The notes under the pieces were generated by a model. That model saw only the letters and a list, made by a program, of their open reading frames with translations, ran no database searches and had not been told where the DNA came from. The position numbers and the translations under genes were made by a program. Shown piece by piece: positions 38,105-50,245 of a DNA stretch of 64,000 bases; the stretch's first letter is position 1, and each line of letters begins with the position of its first letter. The stretch comes from Eimeria praecox (lineage: Eukaryota), in NCBI GenBank assembly GCA_963920595.1, contig OY986946.1:1612001-1676000 (forward strand), read 5' to 3'.

Positions 38105-40492
38105 AATTTATGAGCTTATACGAAACAAGCTGAACACAGTTACTTCCTCTGGCTAGGAGACAACGCCACTTGAGCCATGTTATGGGGTGCCATGGGCATG
38201 CTGAAGAGCCAAGATGGCTCTATTCAATCGACGGGGAAGACCCCCCCCCCCCCCTAACCCTCTCCGCATTGCTGGTTTTTCCGAACCCTGATGCAACGGG
38301 GGCTACAAACTCTTGTTACCTGCGTTTGGGTATCCCCAGGCCAGCAGTACATGTGAAAAGAGACCGCAATGAAGTGTGAAGGTAACTACTGGCGTCGTCA
38401 GCTGTAGGACCTTCGCGCCCTGTATGGGTTGCTTATGGCCAAACCCTCAGACTCCTAAGTGCATCATTTTTCTCCAAATGCTCAGCGAGAAATCTGACTT
38501 GGAAGGTCCTACACGTGGTCCGATTGCACCAACGGCTATAAGTGTTCTTCGAGGTTGCAACTGCAACAACGAATATAACCTGAGTGTTATTTGAGATTGC
38601 ACCTGCAGCAAATATACGCAAGGCGTGCTATGGAACAGCCAAGGCTGCCTCAATTAATGGAGAGACAGAAGACGCCACAGCGTAAGGGTTTTAAGAGTGT
38701 TTCCAGCGCTTCATCCAGCGTTGTGCCAAGGAGGCTAAGGCCTCGCCGACTTACGCGCAAGAGAACCCTTGAAAAGAAGTGACAGTAACGATATTGTTGC
38801 TTTGAACTATGAACCTTCACTGAGCGATTATCTCTGCAGTGCAAGCTAGAGTCAGCCGTAGTTGGGGTTTCTAGCCTTACTGAGGAGGTACAGCTGGAGC
38901 GTGGCAGCGATCCAAAATTACAGGAGTATTTATCGTTCAGATATGCAGGAGGGAGCTTTTGATCCTTTACGCCATATATGAAACAAATGCAAGGGCGCAG
39001 GAGAAGAAGATAACTTCGAGGCCCCCATCAAGACGGGCCAGTTGACGCGCCCCACCGGCTTGGAGGTAGCCATGGCGAATGCCGACCAAAACAAAACGTG
39101 GGAAAACGTTCGTAACAATTCGTTTCTTATTTCACATATGGAGCTACTGCTGATTCAAAATTCCTGTATTTACTTTGCAGGCAGTCACTACACGGTTAAA
39201 AGATGAAACTGGAAGGAAACGACGTAGCTTTCGGGCTGATTTTGTCTCTTATTTACAGAACCGCCACCCAGAGCAACAGCAGCTGCTGGCAGTACTCTAG
39301 GGAGAGAGCGTGAGGATTGAGCATTTAGGTGTAAGTCCCATCTGGCAGCAGCAGCATACCACCATGAACAGTCTGGACACTCACCGCAATGTATTGTATT
39401 TGTATTAGGTCAGATATTTCTATTCTACAGGTCATAGAGATTGTTCCACCATTTGGCACCACTCACTAGGCACAGTGTATACGCATTGCCGACTCCAGCA
39501 GAGCTGCACCTACAACGGATGCGAAGCATTCACTGCGAATTCGACTTGAAGAAATAACAAGCACCAGTTAATGGCGTGTCAGTGCTTGTTGAACGCTACT
39601 TGAGCGGTTGTGCATTTTTCCCCTTCTAATTATTTGTGCACGCTATAGTTTCTTTCAGACACTATACCTGCCTTGGTGTTGCTCAGTGCCTCAGGAGGGG
39701 CTGGCGGGACAGTAGAGCAAATAGCCTGTGTGAGAAAGCGTAAGCTTACAGGTGAAGACTAAATACGGCCACTTTTATGCTAATACGTCTGGCTAATTTT
39801 ACTTATTTCATTTGGTTTAGTTACAACATCGTGCAGGTAGAGGAGGGCCTCAAACTGTTGTGGGCTCGTACGGGGCAGTTAGGAGCTCGAAATGTCACTC
39901 AGTCCCACGGCCCTAGATGGAAGCTTCTAACACTAGTATTCTAAGCAAGAAGGCGTAGAAAAGCAGATAAATATTGCATAAAAAGAGATAATATTATAAT
40001 TGAAGATTTGGTTGCTTATTTCAGCTGGTGTTCGCGGCTGCGGCCGTTCAAACCCTTGCCGTCGTCGGCCGCACGGTGGACAGCTGGCGTTTTTTGGATG
40101 GAAGCTTGGGCTTTTCAGCACTTACGAGTGAAAAATAATATGTCTTCTTGTTGAATTTACCGCAAAAATATTTCAAATCCCTCGTTTTAAAACCCACAAC
40201 TCAGCAGACAACACAGGGAAAACCCGCGCTGCAGAAACCCCGGACTCCACCCTCCAAATGAACGCATGGAAAGCGAATAAATATTTGTTTTTTTGTAGGA
40301 ACATAGTGCAAGTATTTGATTCTTAAGAGTATTTACGTTTAATTTTTCACCCAGCAGATCATCCAGTTCCCTGAAAGCAAGCAAACACACCTCAAATTCG
40401 CCTGGTCCTTCTTGCACAGTCCGGGGTTTCTCGCCAAGATACCCGTCTTCCTGGATTGCAATTTTCTATTTTTCTGGAACATATGAGGCAAA

Positions 40493-41618
40493 ATGGCAAC
40501 AGCAAGCGATGCTGTGCAATGTCTGATGCTTTCCGTGGCCATCTTGGCTGCCTTTTCATGCATTTCGCGGCCGGACTATAACTTCCCGCTGTATTTATAC
40601 TTTTGGTGGTCTTTCTTCTACGTACCTGAAGGCAGAAAGGTACGCCGAGCATCTCCTTCAAGCCTCCTGAGACAGCATTGGATTAAAGAGCAGACGAAAT
40701 ACCCGTTTGGAGATATTGCTGCGCGCTTTTGCTTGTATATATATAGCTAAGCCCTGAACCATGTGTATTTATTTGATGGAAGCTGAGCGCACTCCTCCTC
40801 TCTCTGCTTTTGTTTTTCAGAGACAGCAGAGAGTGATGGTTATCTTCATGATGCTCTCTTGCGTACAGGACGTCATATTCTTGTTTTATTGGCGTGAGTT
40901 GTTGTTTATACACATAGAGTTCATCTACAGCAACACACCTCAGCTCAGCATATATATAAATATATATATAAATATATATAAATATCTTTGTATAAATCAT
41001 GCTGCCACTTGTTTCCTCCCTATTTTCAGTCTACGAAGAAAAGGTTTAGCCTTATTTCCCTTGTTTATTTACGCTGCAGCGCTCCGCTGGTTCGCCCACG
41101 ACTGGCTCGCTTTAACGAGTGCAGAGGAAGGCGTACACATTTTGTCTACGGTCCTGAGCATCATAGAGCTGGGGCTTAAGGTGAATATAATAAATACAAA
41201 CTAAAATCCCACTTCCTATCTCCTTAATTACACCCACACATCCCTCATTCAACATTCATGTTTCTCTGTCTGCATGCACGCATGCGTGCATGCAGGTTTG
41301 TTTGCATGCATGCATGCTTGCATGCGTGCTGAAAGTGTGCTCTCTTGCATGTATGCTTGTTGTCTTAGTTGCTTGCATGTGTGTCTGTGTGCATGTAAAC
41401 AACAGGTGTTGATCCTGGCGCTGCTGCTGGTGCCAAGTATAACAGCAAATACCGCTGAAATAGTTAAGAGGTGGAGCGGCAGTGGTGGCATCATTCGTCT
41501 TGAAATGCCACCGTCAGACCCCCAAATTCAGTTGACTCAAACAACAACAACAGTACCCGAATATATGACGAACACATACCCCGGAGCCCCTGCCACGCGC
41601 TTCGGCTTCACCCAGTGA
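40493..41618 (+). CDS. Small multi-pass (about 4 TM) membrane protein of unknown function
   Basis: Phase-consistent exons 40493-40639, 40821-40893, 41080-41180, 41406-41618 give MATASDAVQCLMLSVAILAAFSCISRPDYNFPLYLYFWWSFF..VMVIFMMLSCVQDVIFLFYWPLRW..ILSTVLSIIELGLKVLILALLL..FGFTQ*. Confidence 0.82.
41270..41397. repeat. TGCATGCA-rich array before an intron acceptor
   Basis: Many tgcatg units in the last intron of the 4-TM gene. Confidence 0.85.
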
Positions 41619-42862
41619 AGACCAGCTAGCTAGCCACGTACTCGCCTAGCTAGCTGCTCAATTCGTTAGCTAACTAGCTGCTGAATGCAGCATGCCTGTA
41701 GCTTCTGAGGCAGGTGAACTGCCGTTATCGCTACCGGACACTTTGTTTTATTTTTTTTGTAAATCGCCGTTTCGCCGTTTGTTTAGAATATCCAATCATA
41801 TGCGTTTACTCAGTATCTGGAAAGCCCACTCAAGAAGGATTGATCTCGGGTGTACGTACAGCTGCATCTACTCATTCACGAACCCAAAGGCTCCAGGCCG
41901 ACAGACAGAATACAAATACAGATACATACAGAGATACAAACGAACAGACAAGGCGGAACAGCTACAAAATCGAAGCAGCGTCAACAAATTACGAAAATAA
42001 AAGCAACACAACAACAAAACTGGGGAAATGCTGAAATTGAGTGGGAAGGTTGAAGAAAGTAGACAGTATAATAATAAGTATTATTATTAATAATAATACT
42101 ATATTATTAATAATATAATAAGTAGTAGTAGTAGTAGTAGTAATAAGTAGTCCTTTGGGTCTTGTCTTTTCCCTTCAAGCATACACAGCAGAGACAAAGT
42201 AGCAGCAAGAACGCTGGGCTAAAGCCCCAGAGGTGCATGCATTCAGCAGCAACAGAAAGAGTCCGTCTGCATGCATGCATGCATGCATTGGGGTCTCAAT
42301 GGATAAATAATATCTTAAAGGGCCGGCCTCAGGAAGAAGGGCGAAAAGAACAAACGAATATTTCGTCGGAAAGACAAAACAAATTGAGAGGGAATACGAA
42401 AGACAGACAGACAAAGAACAGATCACAAATGGTTTTGTCTGCTTTCGTTGTCTCTGTCTTTTCTTCTTCTTCTCCCGCCCACTCAGCGCCGCACCCCCCT
42501 ACTTTGCATGCAGGGCTGCCAGCACCAAAGAAGAAACGGCAGCACTCCGTCTCTGCATGCAGCCAAGCGCAGCAGCCTACACAGCGTCTCGCTGTTGCTG
42601 CTGCTGCTGTTACTGCTGCTGCCGTCTTGGTGGTGCTGCTGCTGGTGTTAAAGCTGCTGCGGATGCTGCAGCAGTAATAGCTGCTGCTCTTATCCATTTC
42701 GTTGCTGATGCTGCAGCACGTGATGGCGTTGTTGCCACCGTTGCAGCTAAAGTTGATAGTGCTGCTGCTACAACTGAGTCTGGTGCTGCTGCTGGTACTG
42801 CAACAACAGCAACAGCAACAGCAGCAGCAGCAGCAGCAGCAGCAACAGGTCTAGGATGATGG

Positions 42863-43119
42863 CTAGCCGTAACGAAGCACAGCGGCTGCCCACGTTAGCC
42901 CTGCGCCAAAGCCAGCCATGGCGATGAGATCTCCTTTCTTTACTTTTCCAGCTCGCACCTGAAAAGGAGAATAAACAAAAAACAACAACACAAAAAAAAA
43001 CTGTCTTTCAACAGCCTGCAACCAACATCCTTGGGGTCAATCCCATCTTTAAACGGCACAGAAATAAATATATCTATCTTTCATCTACCGATCTATCTAT
43101 ATCTATCTTCAGGTATTAT

Positions 43120-43180
<61 letters not shown>

Positions 43181-44126
43181 AAGGAAAAAATAGTATAAAA
43201 GATATATAATATCAACAGAGGAAACAAAAGAAAGGGAGAAGGGTTGGGGGTGTTTGCTGTTCTTACTGCTTCAGCCAGACACAGCGGCACAGAAGCCGCT
43301 GAGGTGTTGCCATATTCCTCTAAGTTGCACAACACCTGAAAACCTCACAGCAAGACAAATCATACAAGGCTTAGGGTTTAGGGTTTAGGGTTTGAGTTTT
43401 GCTAGGTTCTCTGCTTTCTTTCTTTCAAGCAAATGATCTGGAAGCGTCTAAGAGAGACAAAGTCATAAAACACAGGCAAAGCCATAAAACACGAGCACAG
43501 ACAGCAACAGAAACAGAAACGAAGACAGAAGAGGAAACAAAGGCAGAGAAGGAGGCAATTGTCTCCCCTCCCTCTTCTCCTTATTCCCGCATTTTAGTTT
43601 AAACTTTGTAAGTGCTGTGGATAAAGCTCGAGCGCATGTCTGTGTCGCTGTTTGTCTGTGTCTGTGTCTCTGTCTCTCTGTCTATCTCTGTCTCTGTTCC
43701 TATTGTTTGTTTACCTTTTCCTTAGGTATATTGAGACGCTCTGCTACAGCATCTATGATACGTTTGTTAGCTTGATGCATTAATAGCCAATCAACTTCTC
43801 TTGACTCGACATTTGCTGCTTTCAGTGCATCTTCAAGAGAACCCGGGACCTTCCTAGAAACAAACTTAAACACCTCCCTCCCATTCATTGTTAAGGGAGC
43901 AAAACAACCTCGACTTAAATTCAAACGCCCGCTCTGAGCACAAAAGAAACAAAAACAAACAAACACAAAAAAAGTTAAGCCCATGAAAATGATGAAGAGA
44001 GAACAACCTAACGTACACCCCAAATGTGCCTAGTCTTGCCTATGTGCAATATCACATGCAGCATTAGAAATAAATAAATACGTATATAATAATAATTACA
44101 TTATAATAATAATAATAATAATAATA

Positions 44127-44173
<47 letters not shown>

Positions 44174-45040
44174 GTAATAATAATAATAATAATAAAAAAT
44201 ACGTAATAGCAAAATAAACAAAAATAATCCATAGTTTGTGCCAAAATGAATTAGTACAATATAAATACAACGTTCTAGCGCTTAGGCTGAGGTGTACATA
44301 CACCGCATACCTGAGCCCGCTTAAAGGGCAAGGGATTTTCCGTTCCACTGTAATTCAGAGTAATTTGTTTTTGCTCGTATCCATCACTGTGCATGACGTA
44401 GCTGAGGAGCCCCAAAGGCTTCTCTTGTTTCTCGCCGTCAGAAGCAGCAGCAGCATCAGGAACAGCAGAAGGCGCCGCTAATACAGCAGCTCCTGCTGCA
44501 TCTCCAAATAATATACATGTGTTTCTATCACTCCAATCCAACCAACGGCTTAAAGCATCCGAGCCAACAAGCAAAATACGCTGGTAAGGCGAACCGGGAC
44601 TTGTTAGATACATGTTTGCTGTACATACACCTCAAACACCCACCCTTAAAACCGTCAATTCAGAACCTGCAGGCTAAACCCTTAATCACTGGAGCTCAAA
44701 TAACACTTATCAGCTTCGGATTTGCTGTACATACACCCCAAACCCTGCAGCAAAACTATGAATGAGGTGCATGAAGCCGCTCAGACCCAAGTGGAGGAGA
44801 AACAGAATAACTAGTATTGTCATGTAGAGGATGAATAAAAGTAAGAAGAAGAAAAAAGAAGAATAACAAGCAGAAGAGGAAGGAAAAGAAGTAGAACAAT
44901 AAAGAGTAGAAGATACTAGAAAAGAAGAAGAAGACAAGGCTTTATTTGCTCGGCTTACCCGTGATAAGCCCCACAACAAAGCCTGAGCATGCAGCAGTGA
45001 TGTCGAAAGCAGGCGGAGGGGAGCGAACAGCTTGCTGCTC

Positions 45041-45089
<49 letters not shown>

Positions 45090-45458
45090 ATTTCTGCAGC
45101 AATCCAGGGTCCGTCTCCAAAGAGATCATCGGGAGAAGAAGATGCATGCAGCAGCAAATCAATATCTTCTGCTTTTAATGGGCTTGACTCCAAGGCCCTC
45201 TGAGCTGCTTGCAGAGACAAACCCCTCAAACTTTCTCCGTGACGTAACACACGCCGAGCGCGAATCCCCGTACGCGTTCGAATCCACTGAAAACAAAAAA
45301 ATACAAAATAAATTTAAAAAGAGAATTATAACGAATAGATAAAGAAAAATAAAACATAGAAAAATAAAACATAGATATACACAGGGGAGGTTTCTAACAG
45401 AGATTAATAAGAACTCTATTGAGGCAGACATATAATATAAACTGCATATATGTGCAGC

Positions 45459-45505
<47 letters not shown>

Positions 45506-46160
45506 CAAACAGCTGTGGTCTCCCTGCTGATCTGTATTTCAGCCTCACTTCATCATTTGTCTCCACAATATCAGCGACTTCATCATTTGTAATTCTCGTG
45601 TCAGGGACAGCAGCGCCTACACCTAACAATCTACAGCCGCTGCCAACACAAGATGCTGCTCCTACGGTACGCGGAGCCGCAGCTAACGCGCCCACTCCCC
45701 TGTGCCTCTTCAACCGACTCGCAAGGAGAAGCTCAGAGGGGGGGCCCCCAACAGCCTGAGGGGGCCCCCGGAGAAAGGCACGGGTAGAAAAACGTGGAGA
45801 ATCGACCCCAACAGGCTGCCCCCCACCCGAGGTGAAGGGAGAAGCTCTCACATCATCGTTCTGCTGAAATGTTGTTAGATCAAATGTTGCTGGGGCCCCA
45901 GCAAGAACAAATGCAGGCGAGGGGAGAGGGGCCCGGGGGGCCCCCCTTAACTCTCCCCCCTTTAGTTTAGAAACAAGTGAGGGTACTCCTGTTGTTGCTA
46001 ATGTTGCTGACGACTGCCCCGTCAGGTGCAGGCGATCGTTCTGGATACGCTGTAACCCTCGAGCTTCACACAGTTGTATATAAAAAGAAAGATGAAGGGA
46101 AATAATAAAAAAGAAAATAACACAGGGCAGTAGCTTCAAACAGTCGTTGAGCCCCGCCAT
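42863..46160 (-). CDS. fabH: Beta-ketoacyl-ACP synthase III (FASII), probably apicoplast-targeted
   Basis: Exons 46160-45549, 45286-44959, 44618-44311, 43933-43715, 43335-43267, 42958-42863. Motifs [26 protein letters not shown] (Cys), [23 protein letters not shown] (His), YGNTSAAS (Asn), GFGAGLTW. N-terminal hydrophobic signal plus a long transit-like extension. Confidence 0.96.
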
Positions 46161-47559
46161 TACCAGGACCTGCAAAGACGGCCAATGGAGGGAAATGGAG
46201 CATTACTGGGGATGTAAAAATAATATGAAAAGAAAATTTAACAAAAATGCAATAGATTTTCTAAGGAATATAATTGTTAAAAAGTTCATTCTTTGAGAGA
46301 AGAAGCCCCCCTTGTTCCCTGCTCACTCATGGCAGACCCCCCCGTCCACTCGCGCCTCGAAACAAACGATCTACCCGCATATTACGTAAAATAAGACACC
46401 AAATTCAGGAAAATATATATTTAAACAGTTAATATGGATAATCAATCATCAAACGTGAGACAATGGAGGCCAATCACCACGGCTGCTGCTGCGCAGCCGA
46501 CTCCGAGGCAACCTGTCGTGTGCCCGAGACAAAAGAGCACCTTTTCTCTGTCTCAGGCTCATCCCCCACATCAAATACATCAATTTGTTCATGAATTCAT
46601 TCATATGTTTTATTTCAATTCATATAATGAAAGCAAATTCATGAAAACACCTCCTAACCGACACTAGACACACCGCCCTCCTTAGACTGCAGGCTCTCTA
46701 TGGGTAAGCAAGAAGGATAAGTGTATGGTGAGCATGGAATTCTTCATGAGAAAATTCGCTGTACTTCAAAAAATATTTATAATTCATGTCTTCCCCCTTC
46801 TGCAGCCTAATGCAAGTAGACAACTCAAACGCCGTGGCAATAAGGGCGCGGTTGTGGGCCTCTAGGTAGCTGGTGGGGAGTCCTTCATGTAATGCAAGTA
46901 CATGTATACACACACACATTATACATTAGATATACGCTTGTGAGCTTATGTTGTTTGCGGGTGAAGTATGTTACAGATGTGACACTGTATACATACAAAA
47001 TAACATGCAAGTGTTCTGAAGTAGGGGCAAATGGCTCAGCTTCGTGCCTCTTGTTTAAAAACAGCCGTCTAAGGGGAGCCTTAGCATAAACTGATGGATT
47101 GGGGGTCTGCTGCTAACTTGGGGGCTTTTCTTTTGATGCATTGGGGCTTTGATTTTAGTGTCGTTGTGTTGCGTGTTGTTGAACGGAGTTCGTAATTATG
47201 CAGAGAGGTTTTTGTCACGTAATTGAAGTAAAACGATGGATCTATTCAGAATTGGGTTATAGTACTATGAAACTCGGCTTTTGTGTTGGACCAGTTCACC
47301 CGGGCACGGTCCTGGGCAAGCTGGGGGTGGCTCAGTAGAGGGCGCTCATGAAGCCCCCAGACGACACTACTGAGATAACTGTACGGGGAAATGATGAGAG
47401 AGTGCGCCTATCAGCGATTCCAACACCATTTTCGTCCTCTGCCGTCAGACGAGTAGGATCAGTGTCCTAGGGACGCTCATATACAGTGCAGAGGCTATCC
47501 AGAAAACGAAACAGAAATGCATGCATTCGGTTATGGTGGTCCTACTAAGACTCCAGTTT

Positions 47560-50245
47560 GAGAAAATTCGATCCAACTAACACCGGAGGAACAGCAGAAG
47601 TGGTTAAAGTTGCAGCAACAGTTATCAGATGTCTTCATTAGCCAGGAGCTTCCAAACGGCCGGCCACCATTTACACACTCAATGTGCACATCGAATCCAT
47701 TCCCTAAGCACCCCCAATCTTTGTTCCAAGGTGCCAGAGACACCGGCATCTTGACCTGCAAGCTGAGCGGCAAGCAAAAGAACTGTTAAGAAAAGGGGAA
47801 TCCTCAACCGTCAAGTAGGGCGTTCGGGCACAAGCCGGCGTTGGCGAAGAGAAACAGAGGTGGCACGTCTCCTTAGGGATCAGGAACGCACCTGCACAAC
47901 TGGAGCGACAGGCCAGCCACGGGGCTAGTCAATAAGGCGTGGATGATTGCATACACTGATGGCATGCTTAGCCGGAATATGCAGGAACGCTTGGGGCGCG
48001 AGCGAGGTGCGGCGGGCTCTGCGGTTGTTACATGAAACACAGTGGCACGCAGAGGCACAAAATGTCCTATTTTCATGCAAGCTATTAGCTTCTTAAGGTT
48101 TGGCGTTTCTGCAGCAAAAGCGCAACCAGTTCCGACGACGATAGAAGTAACAACTTCTGCATGCTTCCTGTACTCGCACCCCTCCTGGTTTGCCGGCTCA
48201 CTAAGGATGGTCAAGTGGAAACAGTCTACGCCGCAGTCTGCAAGGCTAGCTCATGAAGCCAAGCGGCATTGGTGTTGTGCGCATGCGGGGCTGCCCTGCA
48301 ACACTGGCTGCAGCAAGGTTAGTTGCAGCCCATGGCGGGCCTTCCCTTGCACCCAACAGCGCAGAGCCTTTAGGAACTGCGTACAGGAAGCCTGGATACT
48401 GCAGGGCAGAGCAGCTACATTTCACTCAATCTTTCTTTAACTCTTGGTTTATACTTCAGCTCACGACAGTCCTCTGCCATGACCAAGGTTTCTCGCTGCA
48501 ACTGAGACCATTCGAATGTGGCAGTATCCCTTTGCGCCAACATACAAGCTCAAAAGCCCCTCGTTCTTGCACATTCCTACCCCAGCATCGTCTGTGGATT
48601 CGTTCGCATTTCCATACCTCTGGCATGCCTCCTCAAGGCAGACAAACAATTTATTTGGTCATCCCCTGAAGAAGAAACTGCCAGAAGCCCCATCAGCCGT
48701 CTGACATCGTCTCCATTGCTGTCACTCCCTGATTTCGGCAAGTCTTTCCTCCTAACAGCCCATACAAGCGGCAAAGCACTTGTGGTAGTGCAAGACAGTT
48801 ACTCAAAGCGCGTTACTGACACAGCCGTACAGAAAGCAGTCAGATATATTCTGCGCATGAGAAGGAAGTCTAAGCTGCATTGGAGAGGATCAAATAGGGT
48901 CGACATTATTGATATGGCGTGTATTTAGCTGTTCAAACCGTCCATCAATCATTGACATACCTGATGACGAGTTTATAAGACCCCGACAAGCAAAGAATTC
49001 CTAAGTGACCTTAGCGGCGCAGTACGGCTTCACAGTGAAGTTTGTCAAGGGTTTCACCAGCGTTGTCACTGTTGTACTCTCCCGAGCGCCCTACCAATCG
49101 ACCACTGTGTTTTGTATCAGTGGTTCCCTGCTATAATCGCCATTCCCTGTCTAAATCACATTCTTCTAACTCCTTAGATACTCGCCCACCTGCAGTTCCT
49201 TCTGCGCTCAACAACAAGGGACGGGTTAGGCACTACAGCGCCGACGACGACCTCTTCCGGTACCAAACGCAGCATGGAATCTGCCGATTATATGTTCCAG
49301 CTTCGCTTCATACAGAGATTTTGAGCGCAAAACACGATTGTGTTTAACGGGCCAGGGGGTTGTCAATACAACTCTGGGTAGGTCCGCTAATTCCTTTTCG
49401 TGGCATAGGATGCACCCTTTAGCCAAAGTATAAGTTCTCATTTGTTCAGAATGTCGGCAGCACAAGTCACGTAACGATTGTAAACCTGAACTCTTGTGGG
49501 CTTTCCAGAAGTGACAAGCTGCGACAGCATCTGCGTTGTGGATAGACTCAGCAAGTGTGCCAGTTTGATTAACGATTCGAGCACAATTGCAACAGGGAGA
49601 ATGAGCCAAACTTTCAATAATCACCCCTGGAAGCTTCATGGCTTTCGCCCAAGCGTCGTTACTGACGGGGAGACAGAACTCCTTCAGCAAATTCGCGAGG
49701 TGGGTTAATGCCGACCCTTAAACGCGATCACCTCTAAACACTCGAAGATATTCGTTTAAAGTGAATGTATTAACCGCACCCTTGTGCAACATTTGAGGCT
49801 CTAAACCTAACGATATTTATCAATGTGGCTTAATTTCTCTTCTTCCCATGCTGAATCCGTGTAAAGCACCAACGTGCACTCTTCGATTTGTTGCTCTCTA
49901 CTATCGGTGCTCTACCTCAATGCCCAACCCAACGTTAGCCTTGATTGTCGGTAGCCAGCCCTGTGCAATCACCCCCGGCGGGCTCCCGTAGACAGCTTGC
50001 AGCAGTAAGTGAATACACGAAGAAAACACAAGAACGCGGGTCACGGAATTAGGACAAACGGCGTTCAGCAGTAAATTCCAACCCTGGTGGCTTAGCATTA
50101 GTAAATTCACAAGACGCGTCGCTGCTCTTGACAGGAGCCCTGCTGCCAGCACCAGCTCCAGGCCTTTAGTCCGCCGGGACTTGATCTGCTTTTTGCGAAC
50201 TTATATATTTTCTCTCACGAAGGCCCTCAACTAAGGTGGGGGACC
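47560..50245 (+). mobile_element. Degenerate Ty3/gypsy LTR-retrotransposon pol relic (RT - RNase H connection - integrase)
   Basis: Ordered decayed motifs across stops and frameshifts: LSDVFISQELPNGRPP (~47620), LGIRNAPA (~47873), AYTDGML (YxDD-like, ~47950), KCPIFMQAISFLRFGVS (~48060), IPLACLLKADKQFIWS..LTSSPLLSLPDFGKSFLL (48610-48760), RLYVPASLHTEILSAKHD and FSW..CSECRQHK (49284-49466), GFPEVTSCDSICVVDRLSK..LHGFRPSVVTD..ECINRTLVQHLR (49499-49800). Purine tract AAGGTGGGGG at 50233. No LTRs recognised. Confidence 0.88.

Noticed and set aside
38170..40400. Short ORFs between the esterase and the 4-TM gene
   Set aside because: No consistent splice chain or recognisable domain.
42162..42859. 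Ala/Gln/Cys-rich ORFs between the convergent 4-TM and fabH genes
   Set aside because: CAG/CTG repeat sequence in presumed 3' UTRs; no coding evidence.
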